From: Abditibacteriaceae bacterium
GTDB taxonomy: Bacteria > Armatimonadota > Abditibacteriia > Abditibacteriales > Abditibacteriaceae
Reading direction: 5' to 3'
Assembly: GCA_031372065.1 (NCBI GenBank)
Contig: JANMKN010000015.1
Span: forward strand, 1,683-65,682
Length of the DNA: 64,000 nt
A model generated the notes under the pieces. It made no database searches. It was not told the DNA's origin and saw only the letters and a list, made by a program, of their open reading frames with translations. The position numbers and the translations under genes are program-made. Positions 9,330 to 18,140 of the stretch are shown here, one piece after another. How positions within the stretch are numbered: the first letter of the stretch is position 1; each line of letters begins with the position of its first letter.

Positions 9330-10645
9330 AAAATTTCAAGCGCAGTGACCGGCGCTTCCTCATTTCGATAGGAACGTTTTCGCTCCTGCTGCTCGGCTGC
9401 GCGTGGTGGTGGAATGCGTTCAACGCCATGCCGCAAGTGACAATCCCAAACCCGAAAATGCCCTCGCCTAACGCGTTTGACATTTACGCGAAGGCGTATC
9501 TTTCCTATACGGTTCGGCCTCTCTCGCTTTACGAGGATTATGACGCCAAAGCCCAAAATATAGAAACAAACCGTGTAAAGACGTGGGAGCAGCAGTTGCC
9601 TTTTTATCGCACACCAGAAATTCAAAAATGGCTGGCGGGCAACCAAGGCGCGCTCAAACTTTTGCGGCAAGGTTTCAAATATGAATATCTTCAGCCGCCA
9701 GCACGGTCGTTTATGACGATGTTTCCACATTTCGCCAAAGCCAGAGAAATGGCGCGCACTTTGGACACAGAAGGTAATATACGGGCCGCACAAGGCAATT
9801 GGAGCGGAGCCGCCGACAGCGCCTTAGATGCGATTCATTTAGGCCATGCTATTCCACGCGGCGGGGCGTTAATCGCCTCTTTGGTTGGTTATGCCATTCA
9901 AGCGATAGGCCAAAAGCAATTGCAAAATGTGTTGCCGCATCTTGATGCCACAACTTGCCGTGCCGCTGCCAAACGTCTCGAAGAACTATACGGAAATCGC
10001 GTGCCGTTCGATGTCGTTCTAACCGAAGACAAATGGACAACGCAGGCCAGTTTGTTGGAAATCATGCAACAGCAAAACTGGATTAAATCACTCTATCAAA
10101 TGCGAGGTTCGCCATCGCCCTTGAAATTCCGCTTCTACAGCAAACAGCGCCTGATGAGCGATTACACCAGTCACATAGATGCCCAGATCGCCGCCGCGAA
10201 GCAACCCTATGCAAAAGCGAATTCGCCTCAAGAACCTACTGACCCCCTGCTTGATTCTTTTATCGTGTCCTTCGGCAGAGCGCGATGGAGTGCGGCGCGC
10301 GTGGAAACAAAAAATACCCTGCTCATCGTTGCTTTGGCGCTGCGCGCCTACAAACTCGAACACGGCGCGTATCCTGAAAAACTGGATGCTTTAGTGCCGA
10401 ATTACTTGCAAGAAATTCCAACCGACCCGTTTGGCAGCGGCGAACCGCTGCGCTACAAAAAGCAAGCTACGAACTATAAATTGTGGAGCATCGGCTCCGA
10501 TAAAAAAGATGACGGCGGGATATTCGCCATTCTTCCCGGTTTCAAACGTCCACAGGAAGCCGAAGCCAAACAGAAAAAATTCACGCGTTTTTACCTTATG
10601 CTACCCGACAGCAAAGGCGATTTTGTATTTGGCATTAACCATTGA
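9326..10645 (+). CDS. Membrane-anchored protein with pseudopilin-like C-terminal motif (paralogue 2)
   Basis: The ATG at 9326 overlaps the upstream stop (ATGA). Architecture and motifs match the upstream gene (IPNPKMPSPNAFD; LALRAYKLEHGAYPEKLDALVPNYLQEIPTDPFGSGEPLRYKKQATNYKLWSIGSDKKDDGG). Confidence 0.7.
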   Translation: MKNFKRSDRRFLISIGTFSLLLLGCAWWWNAFNAMPQVTIPNPKMPSPNAFDIYAKAYLSYTVRPLSLYEDYDAKAQNIETNRVKTWEQQLPFYRTPEIQKWLAGNQGALKLLRQGFKYEYLQPPARSFMTMFPHFAKAREMARTLDTEGNIRAAQGNWSGAADSALDAIHLGHAIPRGGALIASLVGYAIQAIGQKQLQNVLPHLDATTCRAAAKRLEELYGNRVPFDVVLTEDKWTTQASLLEIMQQQNWIKSLYQMRGSPSPLKFRFYSKQRLMSDYTSHIDAQIAAAKQPYAKANSPQEPTDPLLDSFIVSFGRARWSAARVETKNTLLIVALALRAYKLEHGAYPEKLDALVPNYLQEIPTDPFGSGEPLRYKKQATNYKLWSIGSDKKDDGGIFAILPGFKRPQEAEAKQKKFTRFYLMLPDSKGDFVFGINH

Positions 10646-10670
10646 ACTTTGCGAGGCATCTCACAAAGAA

Positions 10671-10715
10671 AGCACAAAGCCAGACGAACATTCTTCGTCT
10701 GGCTTTGTGCTTTTG
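10671..10715. terminator. Bidirectional stem-loop terminator
   Basis: AGCACAAAGCCAGACGAA-loop-TTCGTCTGGCTTTGTGCT followed by TTTG, between convergent genes. Confidence 0.8.
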
Positions 10716-10723
10716 CGCCGCAA

Positions 10724-11833
10724 TTAAAAAGTTGTCTTCAAATTCTGCGTTTGGCCGGTTTCGGCGGCGCGGTAAGCGCTTTCGATGATGTCAATCACAT
10801 GGCGCGCGTGTTCGGGTGTGGCGAGTGTCGGCGTGCCTTCGCGCGCCAAATCTACCAACTGCATGATGTCCTCGAAAACGTGTTCTTCGCCGACGCCAGC
10901 GTGATTGTCGTTGATGTGCGGCAAATCGGCCTGTCCGCCCTTTTCTTCGAGGCGTGCTTTGCCGGGATAATCAAGCGGCTGACCGTTGAATTTGGGGCCG
11001 GTGATTTGGCCTTTGGTGCCGAAAAACGTCGGGTCGCCAAACTGCGTAATCGCGCCTGTCGCGGTGCCGTAAACAAAAGCATATTGTGTGCTGCCGAAAT
11101 CGAGCAGCATCAGCGTGTTGTCATCGCAATCGCAGTCCACCATTTCGCCTTTGAATTCGCGCTGCGGAATGGCGTTGCCCGAAAGCGCTGTGACGCGCTT
11201 AGCCGGGCCTAAAATGCCGGTCATCGAATGCAAGCCGTAAACCGTCATGTCGTAAAGCGGCCCGCCGCCCGGCTTGCGCCAATACCAACTGGGGTTGATG
11301 TTAGAAAGCACATCTTCGCCGGTGCGCACGCTTTCCTGTTCGTGATACGCGCCAAAACCGGCGCCGACTGCCGACCAAATTAGCTGACCAAGGTCGCCGT
11401 TTTGAATCATCTCGCGAATTTTTTGGTTGTGTGGGCGAATCATTTGCCCCGGCGAAGCCACCATTTTGACATTCGCTTTTGTGGCCCGCGCGATGAGGTC
11501 GTCGGCTTCTTGCACCGTTGTCGTCATCGTTTTGTTGAAGTGCAGATGCTTGCCCGCTTCAATCGCTTTGACGCCTTGATCGTAATGCAAGCCAATCGGC
11601 GTGCCGACAGTAATGGCGTCAATGTCGCCGTTTTTCAGCAGTTCGTCGTAATCTTCAAAGTGCTGCGGCACATTGTATTTTTCGGCGGCGGCTTTAGCGC
11701 GCCCCGGAACGGCATCACAAACGGCAGCCAACGTCACGCGGTCAGCGTAATCGCCAATCACCAGATGGTTCAACGCCGCGCGAATGCCAATGCTACCCGC
11801 GCCCAAAACAGCCATGCGAATCGGTTGAGACAT
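10724..11833 (-). CDS. Gfo/Idh/MocA family NAD(P)-dependent oxidoreductase
   Basis: N-terminal Rossmann motif IRMAVLGAGSIGIRAALNHL; size and layout are typical of the family. Confidence 0.8.
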   Translation of the reverse strand: MSQPIRMAVLGAGSIGIRAALNHLVIGDYADRVTLAAVCDAVPGRAKAAAEKYNVPQHFEDYDELLKNGDIDAITVGTPIGLHYDQGVKAIEAGKHLHFNKTMTTTVQEADDLIARATKANVKMVASPGQMIRPHNQKIREMIQNGDLGQLIWSAVGAGFGAYHEQESVRTGEDVLSNINPSWYWRKPGGGPLYDMTVYGLHSMTGILGPAKRVTALSGNAIPQREFKGEMVDCDCDDNTLMLLDFGSTQYAFVYGTATGAITQFGDPTFFGTKGQITGPKFNGQPLDYPGKARLEEKGGQADLPHINDNHAGVGEEHVFEDIMQLVDLAREGTPTLATPEHARHVIDIIESAYRAAETGQTQNLKTTF

Positions 11834-11884
11834 GAAATTTTTGTCCTTTGCTGTGGAAACTCTTCCGGCAGTGTAGCAAGAAAT

Positions 11885-12241
11885 TTAAGATGAACCCGAC
11901 GAATAATGCGCCACCACACGTGCAATTTTGCCCTCGCTGTTGAATTGAAAAAACTCGGCTGCTGTGAGTTTATTGACGCTTTGATAGCGCACAACTACGC
12001 TATCCACGCCACTGAAAACGCCCCAGAGAGAAAATTGCAAATCAGGATAAGTTTCCAGCGCGCGTTGGACATAGGAGCGCACCGCTTCGCTGCCATGCAA
12101 AATACCATCGGAGGAGTCGGAAAGCTGCGCCACAAACGGCGATTGATATTCAACATCGTCCGCGTAATGACGCAAAATGCGGTCAATATCATGCGCGTTC
12201 CATGCTTCTATGCAGTGGTGGGCGAAATCTTGCGGTATCAT
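11885..12241 (-). CDS. SnoaL-like / NTF2-fold protein
   Basis: 118 aa. The start FAHHCIEAWNAHDIDRILRHYADDVEYQSP is typical of SnoaL-like domains. Confidence 0.65.
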   Translation of the reverse strand: MIPQDFAHHCIEAWNAHDIDRILRHYADDVEYQSPFVAQLSDSSDGILHGSEAVRSYVQRALETYPDLQFSLWGVFSGVDSVVVRYQSVNKLTAAEFFQFNSEGKIARVVAHYSSGSS

Positions 12242-12290
12242 ACGTCTTCGATTCTGTAAAACTCAAAAACGACACTGTGGAAAACACTTT

Positions 12291-13403
12291 TCATTCATTC
12301 AATTTCCATAGTGCATAGAAAGCGCCATCTTTTTCGTTGTTCTCATCTGTAATCATCATTTTGCCATCAAAAGAAAAGGCAACCGGCGTCCCACAATGTA
12401 TTTTGCGATTTACCTTCCAAGTTTTCGTGTCCCATGCCCAAATTTCGTCCAACCTCCGCCCATCATGAGTGCCGGATTCAGCATATAACAATTTTCCATC
12501 TCTCGAAAAAAATGCCGGACAAACCCATTCACTTTGAGTAAGAGATGGCAACTCTTTCCATGTTCGCGTATTCCACAGGCGTATCGTGCCGATTGTTTGG
12601 TCTGTCTTTGGGCCTTGAGGTTTTCCTCCTGAAACTACAATCAATTTCCCGTCCGGCGAAAAACCAACACCCGTAACCATCCAACCCATGCCATCGGCTG
12701 ACCTAAAGGTATGGCCCGGCAAAATATGTTTGGTTTTCCGCGTTTTGAAATCCCACACGACAACGCCTTTATCCATTGGCGTCGCGACCAAGCTGCCATC
12801 GGGAGAAATTACATCGTAATAGCTGGATTTGTCAGGCTTAAGACCAAGTAGTCGGGCAATTTTTTTTACTTTGCCAGATTTTAAGTCATAAAAATGGATA
12901 GTTGCTCCAACTTTTACCATAATGGCATCATCTCGGTCCAACCTTATCAGATTGCCTTCTGGGATTTTGAAACTGCGCAGCAGGTGTCCATTTTGAGTAT
13001 TGAATTCTCGTAGAACGTTGTCGTAACACTGGGCGACTACGATTTTTCCGTTCTTAGTGAGAGCCAAGCCATAAATGGCGAAAGGAAATGGTTTTGACCA
13101 TGCTAATTTACCATCCTGAGTTTTCCAAGCTTGCACTCCACCAGGGTAGGTGCTAATCCCGCTACTTGTAATCACAAGTTTCCCGTCGGGCGAAAATGCT
13201 GCGGAATTGTGCGCTGTGTAGCGAGGCAACTTGGCATCTGCGAGAACAACGTGAGGAGGATTTTCACGTCGCTCCAAAAGCGGCTTTGCCCAAAGCCAGC
13301 TATAAGGCAGCACAGTCAAAAAAATGGAGAGAAATAGAGATTTCCATTTGCGTGAGGGCAACTTGTTTTGTGGTTCTTGTTTTTTGTTTATGCGGCTCAT
13401 CAT
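12291..13403 (-). CDS. Secreted beta-propeller (WD40/PD40-like) repeat protein, AT-rich gene
   Basis: Hydrophobic N-terminus and recurring FSPDGKL/ISPDGSL/FSRDGKL blades. The gene is visibly AT-richer than its neighbours. Confidence 0.65.
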   Translation of the reverse strand: MMSRINKKQEPQNKLPSRKWKSLFLSIFLTVLPYSWLWAKPLLERRENPPHVVLADAKLPRYTAHNSAAFSPDGKLVITSSGISTYPGGVQAWKTQDGKLAWSKPFPFAIYGLALTKNGKIVVAQCYDNVLREFNTQNGHLLRSFKIPEGNLIRLDRDDAIMVKVGATIHFYDLKSGKVKKIARLLGLKPDKSSYYDVISPDGSLVATPMDKGVVVWDFKTRKTKHILPGHTFRSADGMGWMVTGVGFSPDGKLIVVSGGKPQGPKTDQTIGTIRLWNTRTWKELPSLTQSEWVCPAFFSRDGKLLYAESGTHDGRRLDEIWAWDTKTWKVNRKIHCGTPVAFSFDGKMMITDENNEKDGAFYALWKLNE

Positions 13404-13503
13404 GCCGAACAGTATATAAGTTAGAAAGACTCCAACAGGCCAACCAAATACGATGATTAGAACGCGCTTGATTTTTACCGAATAGCCTTGAGGTCGATGA
13501 GAA

Positions 13504-14493
13504 TTAGTTTGAGTTCTTCAAAAAATCGCGATACCAGTCAAGAGTGCGCGTCAGGCCTTCTTCAAACGAAGATTGCGGATGCCAGCCGAGAATTTCGTAG
13601 GCGCGCGAGGAATCGAGATATTGTTCGCGGATTTCGTCGCTGGCTTGACCCAAAATTTCGGGTTTCAAATCGGTGCGACCTCCGGCGGCGATGATTTTTT
13701 GCACGACTTCGAGAACCGTCACGGGCTGATTGTGGCCGAAGTTGAAAGCCTCGCCGGGTTTGGCTTTGCCATTGGCTAAGGCTTCGGCCAAAGCGACATA
13801 AGCACTGGCGCCGTCTTCGACGTAAAGATAATCGCGCGTGAATTTGCCATCGCTGCGAATAATCGGCGCGCTACCTTCGAGGACGCTGCGAATGGTGCCG
13901 GGAATGAGGCGATTCCAGTTCAAATCGCCGCCGCCATACAAGTTGCCGCAACGCGTGATGCCAATCGGCAAACCATACGTCCACGCGTAGCTTTGCGCAA
14001 TTAAATCGGCGCAGGTTTTCGAGCAATCGTAAGGATGTTTGCCGCGCAGTGGCGTGTCTTCGTTGTAAGGCAACCTATCGTGCGCGCCGTAGGCTTTATC
14101 GGACGAGGCAACCAAAATTTGCTTCACGCGCGGCGCTTGGCGCGCGGCTTCGAGTAGGTTTACCGTGCCGCCGACGTTGATATCAAAAGTGCTTTTTGGA
14201 TTGGCGCGCGCCGTGCCGACAATTGCTTGCGCCGCCAAGTGAAACACTGTTTCGATTTCGTATTCGCACAAGGCGCGCGTGAGTAATGAACCATCGCACA
14301 CATCGCCGCGCACGACTGTGATGTTTTTCACATCGGCGGACGACAAAAGCGCCGATTCGGGCACCCAATCGCGCACAAGGGCCACAATATGCGCGCCTTT
14401 TTGCAAAAGGTCGCGCGTTAGCCACGAGCCAAGCAAACCCCTGGCGCCGGTGATGAAAACGGAACGACCTTTCCAAAAGTGCGAATCGCTCAT
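13504..14493 (-). CDS. NAD-dependent sugar-nucleotide dehydratase/epimerase (CDP-glucose 4,6-dehydratase-like SDR)
   Basis: FWKGRSVFITGARGLLGSWL Rossmann start, plus YDCSK matching the catalytic YxxxK of extended SDRs. Confidence 0.8.
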   Translation of the reverse strand: MSDSHFWKGRSVFITGARGLLGSWLTRDLLQKGAHIVALVRDWVPESALLSSADVKNITVVRGDVCDGSLLTRALCEYEIETVFHLAAQAIVGTARANPKSTFDINVGGTVNLLEAARQAPRVKQILVASSDKAYGAHDRLPYNEDTPLRGKHPYDCSKTCADLIAQSYAWTYGLPIGITRCGNLYGGGDLNWNRLIPGTIRSVLEGSAPIIRSDGKFTRDYLYVEDGASAYVALAEALANGKAKPGEAFNFGHNQPVTVLEVVQKIIAAGGRTDLKPEILGQASDEIREQYLDSSRAYEILGWHPQSSFEEGLTRTLDWYRDFLKNSN

Positions 14494-14499
14494 GGGAAA

Positions 14500-15339
14500 T
14501 TATTTTTTGTAAATGGCGACGGTATAATCGCCCCAATCGCCCTCGCCTACGGGATGCAAATCGCCTTCAAGATCGAGTTTGAAAAGGTCGTAGCCGCACT
14601 CGTCAATCAGCATGGTTTCGATGAGTTTAAAATTCTGCCCGCCATGCTCGCCGCTAAAGCGCTTTAGCGTTTCAAAATACAGTGTCGGATGCAGTTCTTT
14701 GAGCATCCCACGCGCGCCGGTTAAAACCTCGAATTCCATGCCTTCGACATCTACTTTCATAAAGTCCACGCGCTGCAATTTATGTTCACGCGCGAAATCT
14801 TCGAGTGTGACAACAGGAACCGAATGGGAGCCTTCTTTGCCGAGCATGGCGTTGCCGGGGTTGCCCGGTTCTTCGTGCCATTTCAGTTCGCCCGGCTCGT
14901 TGCTGACGCCGACGGGATGAATTTCGATGCGCTTTTTCAGTTCGGGATTGAGTTCAAGATTGGCTTTCAGGCGCTCTAAATTCGGCTTGCCCGGCTCGAA
15001 CGAATAAATCTTGCCTTCGGCGCCGATATATTTGGCTAAAGCTAAGGAAACCGCGCCGACATTGGTGCCGACATCAATACAAACCCAGCCGGGCTTGGCA
15101 TTTTTCTTCAAAAAGCCCATGAGCGGCAACTCGAACTGGCCCGACCACATCAAGCGCTCGCACAAATAGCGCGTGCTGATGTTGACTTTGACATCGCCGA
15201 GATATTCGTTGAAGACGAATTCCATGCCTTCGGGCGCCGCCTTGCGAAACGCCGGCGACGAATCCATCACCTTGGTGCGCAGGGGCTTGGGCATGACGGT
15301 GAGCAAAGCGCGTTTTAAAATGCGGCCATATTGTGCCAT
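14500..15339 (-). CDS. FkbM-family SAM-dependent methyltransferase
   Basis: CIDVGTNVGAVSLALA SAM-binding motif and VDFMKVDVEGMEFEVL, the FkbM signature. Confidence 0.75.
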   Translation of the reverse strand: MAQYGRILKRALLTVMPKPLRTKVMDSSPAFRKAAPEGMEFVFNEYLGDVKVNISTRYLCERLMWSGQFELPLMGFLKKNAKPGWVCIDVGTNVGAVSLALAKYIGAEGKIYSFEPGKPNLERLKANLELNPELKKRIEIHPVGVSNEPGELKWHEEPGNPGNAMLGKEGSHSVPVVTLEDFAREHKLQRVDFMKVDVEGMEFEVLTGARGMLKELHPTLYFETLKRFSGEHGGQNFKLIETMLIDECGYDLFKLDLEGDLHPVGEGDWGDYTVAIYKK

Positions 15340-15369
15340 GAAAAGAAAACTCCGTGTGGCTTTAAAAAT

Positions 15370-16104
15370 TCAAGCCACTTCAAGAAATTGATTCAACCAC
15401 GGCGCCGGTTTGGTGTAGCGCAGCGAGAGCGGTTTTGTTGTGACTTCATTGGCCGCCACTTCGGGCTTGGGATTGCCGTGAAACACCAAGATTTTGGTGT
15501 CCGGCGGGCGCCGGGGCGCTTTGAACAGCGAAAGCGGAAACGGCTGCAAGCAGTGTCGCTTGAAACTGCGGCACCAGCTTTCCGGCCAGTAAGTGGGCGT
15601 GCCAACGTAATGCGTCATCCAATCTTGATCGCAGCGATGATGGGCCGCGATATTTTGCGCGTCGGCGTTAAAACTTTCCAAAATTGCGTGATGCTTGGCG
15701 GCCTCAAAGCGAAACACCGACGAGTTGCCGACCGCGCGGCCTTTGCCATCGCGCAGCCAGTCGCGGATGATGATAAATTCGCCCGCATGCTCGAAAAAGC
15801 AATCAATCGAATCCAGCAGCACCAAATCCAAATCGAGAAACAAAGTCAAACCTGTGAGGCCGGTTTCTGCGGGCGAAAACACGCCCAATTTGCGCCAGCA
15901 ACGTTCGGGGCCTTGCGGCACGTTGACATGGGGCAGCGGCATGATCTCAATATCATCGCGCGCGCCCTCGCCGTTATCTGTGAAGCACACGAAACGATGT
16001 GGCAGCGACAAATGCCGCTTGACCATCGCGCGCAGGCGATTGACATTGGTGGTGTCGTATTTGGCGCCCCATTTCATGCAAATAACGTTGACTTGTTGGT
16101 TCAT
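15370..16104 (-). CDS. Putative GT-A fold glycosyltransferase
   Basis: Start moved to the ATG at 16104 (MNQQVNVICMKWGAKY...). A DxD-like LFLDLDLVLLD is present. Assigned by resemblance to uncharacterised glycosyltransferases, so the call is tentative. Confidence 0.5.
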   Translation of the reverse strand: MNQQVNVICMKWGAKYDTTNVNRLRAMVKRHLSLPHRFVCFTDNGEGARDDIEIMPLPHVNVPQGPERCWRKLGVFSPAETGLTGLTLFLDLDLVLLDSIDCFFEHAGEFIIIRDWLRDGKGRAVGNSSVFRFEAAKHHAILESFNADAQNIAAHHRCDQDWMTHYVGTPTYWPESWCRSFKRHCLQPFPLSLFKAPRRPPDTKILVFHGNPKPEVAANEVTTKPLSLRYTKPAPWLNQFLEVA

Positions 16105-16209
16105 AAAGTGTGCTGCGCAACGAAGTATGCAATTGTGCCTGCCTCGCTGCAAAGAAAATTAGAAATGAAGAAGCGGTTTAAAACTCTTCTTTCGCAGCGT
16201 GAACAAGAT

Positions 16210-16300
16210 TTTTGTCATTCTGATGGAGCCTTAGCGACTGAAGAATCCCCCTGCGTCTGGGGGATTCTTCGCCTCGTGCCTCGCCTCAGAATGACAAAAC
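16210..16300. repeat. Long imperfect palindromic (REP-like) element
   Basis: The outer arms TTTTGTCATTCTGA and TCAGAATGACAAAA and the inner arms GAAGAATCCCCC and GGGGGATTCTTC surround a 7-nt loop. Confidence 0.75.
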
Positions 16301-16352
16301 TCTTACGATTCAGACTTATGAAAGAGGCCTTTTGCGAAAGGTGCATATTCCC

Positions 16353-17408
16353 TCACGCAGGAACATTTTTTCGGGCCAAATCGCGCATGAAGTTTTGCCT
16401 GCCCGCTAAATGTGCTTGCAAGGTGGCGCGTTCGCGCAGAGCGTGATCAACTTTCGCCGTAATTTCATCGGGCGCGTCGCGGAACAAATGCAGCGGCGGC
16501 ATTGGATGTTCCAATAAGCGACACAAGCCTTCGATTTTATAAGTCGGCGCCTCGAAACCTAAAAACGGCACCGCGCAAAAGGCGGCGAAAACGGCGGTGT
16601 GAAAGCGCCCAGTCAAAACAAAATGCGCCGTTTGTAAATGCGCCATAAAGTCCGTGTAGTTTTCAAAAGCGTGATATTCCAATTCCAGCGAGTCGGCGAA
16701 ATGCTTATCGAAAGGCTGCGAAAGCACGCTCAAATAACCAACCTCGTGGCCCTGACTTTTAATTTGCTCGATGAGTTCGCGCACGCGTCCGCGCCGCTGT
16801 TGCCAGCCGACTTTCCAACTGAAACTATCGGTTATCAAAAACTTGCCGCGTAGCGGACTTTCTTTTGCGGGCGGCGGCGGCGCCATCGAAAAAATCGCGT
16901 CGGCGGATAAAGTCGCGTTGGTAACACCCAATTTTTGCAGATATTCCAGCGAAAACGGCTCACGCACCGCGACGTGATTCATCTTTGGATAAGCGGCGCG
17001 CACCAAGTCATCGAAGTTTTGATGGCGCGAAGAAATCGAATGATTGACCATCATCACGTCTTTTTTCAAGTCGCGCTTGGCTAAATAGCCTTCCACAATG
17101 CGCTGATTAGAACCTGCGCCGCTTTTGAGATAGTTTTTGGCGTGCAGCGTGCCCTCGGCGTTGACGACAATCAAATCGGCGCGCTGAAAATCGCCCCAAC
17201 GCGCATCGGTTTTCATCAAAGCGCCGCGCCGGTTGCGTCCCCACGCGCCGAAATACATCAAAGCATCAGCACGTTTGACCGAGTGTTTTTCTTTTTCTAT
17301 TGTCGCGTTGGGATAACGCTCGCGCAGCAGCGTTTCGAGTGCGTCGCAGGTCGCGATGCAGCCCAAATGCGGCTGATGGCCGGTGTAATTGGTAATCAGA
17401 ATTTGCAT
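16353..17408 (-). CDS. Polysaccharide pyruvyl transferase family protein
   Basis: 351 aa. The C-terminal LTGRFHTAVFAAFCAVPFLGFE resembles the conserved pyruvyl-transferase motif, and the gene sits in a polysaccharide cluster. Confidence 0.6.
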   Translation of the reverse strand: MQILITNYTGHQPHLGCIATCDALETLLRERYPNATIEKEKHSVKRADALMYFGAWGRNRRGALMKTDARWGDFQRADLIVVNAEGTLHAKNYLKSGAGSNQRIVEGYLAKRDLKKDVMMVNHSISSRHQNFDDLVRAAYPKMNHVAVREPFSLEYLQKLGVTNATLSADAIFSMAPPPPAKESPLRGKFLITDSFSWKVGWQQRRGRVRELIEQIKSQGHEVGYLSVLSQPFDKHFADSLELEYHAFENYTDFMAHLQTAHFVLTGRFHTAVFAAFCAVPFLGFEAPTYKIEGLCRLLEHPMPPLHLFRDAPDEITAKVDHALRERATLQAHLAGRQNFMRDLARKNVPA

Positions 17409-17423
17409 GAAGTCAGCATGATT

Positions 17424-18086
17424 CTATCGTTTCAACAAGCGCCGCGCCCATTTTTCGAGCGGCGTTTTTTTGTTGAGATTGTCCCAGTCGGCGCTTGTCA
17501 TTTGGTCGGGTGCGGAAAACTTTTTGATTTTGGAGATGGATTTATCATCAATTTCCGCCATGCGTCTTTGCAGCCAGTTCAAGAGAAAATTCACTTTACG
17601 ATGGCCTACCACTGCCGCCGCGAAATCTATTAAATAAACCCGTTCGTCGGGCGTCACCAGCAAATTACTGCGCCGCTTTAAATCGCCGTGACTGACGCCG
17701 CGTGCGTGAATGGCGTCAATGGATTTTTGCACATTTTCCAGCGCTTGCGTGGATAATTCGCCCGCCGCAAAATCGGCAATCGGCTTGCCTTCGATCCATT
17801 CCATCGCAAACGCCAGTCTATCCACGCGCCCGAAAAAACGCGGCACACCCGGCGTGCCATCGAGATATTTCAAGGCTTTCATTTCTCGCCCGACTAAAAA
17901 CGGCGCGACCAAACGCCGAAACTTGGGCGGCGTGTCAGCGAAATCCTTCACCGCCGCGCGCTGCCCCTCAATTTCGACCAAATAAACCGAACTTTGCAAG
18001 CCCTTGCCCTGATGAATGACGCGAATCGTGCGCGCTTTCAAATCGCCGCGCCGCAGTTTGGAAAGGGGAAACATGGTGTAAAACAC
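17424..18086 (-). CDS. Small protein-kinase-like (Kdo/WaaP/RIO-type) kinase
   Basis: Catalytic loop HGDLKRRSNLLV, followed by YLIDFAAAV (DFG-equivalent). Confidence 0.65.
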   Translation of the reverse strand: MFYTMFPLSKLRRGDLKARTIRVIHQGKGLQSSVYLVEIEGQRAAVKDFADTPPKFRRLVAPFLVGREMKALKYLDGTPGVPRFFGRVDRLAFAMEWIEGKPIADFAAGELSTQALENVQKSIDAIHARGVSHGDLKRRSNLLVTPDERVYLIDFAAAVVGHRKVNFLLNWLQRRMAEIDDKSISKIKKFSAPDQMTSADWDNLNKKTPLEKWARRLLKR

Positions 18087-18140
18087 AAAAGCACAAAGAT
18101 TTTTATCACCTTTGTGCTTTCGTGTCTTTGTTTTGGCACT

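Noticed and set aside
15331-16446. 371-aa plus-strand ORF
   Set aside because: It is antisense to the glycosyltransferase gene and spans the REP-like palindrome and the end of the pyruvyl-transferase gene. Its Arg/Ala-rich composition is typical of a shadow frame in GC-rich DNA, while the minus-strand genes have recognisable motifs.
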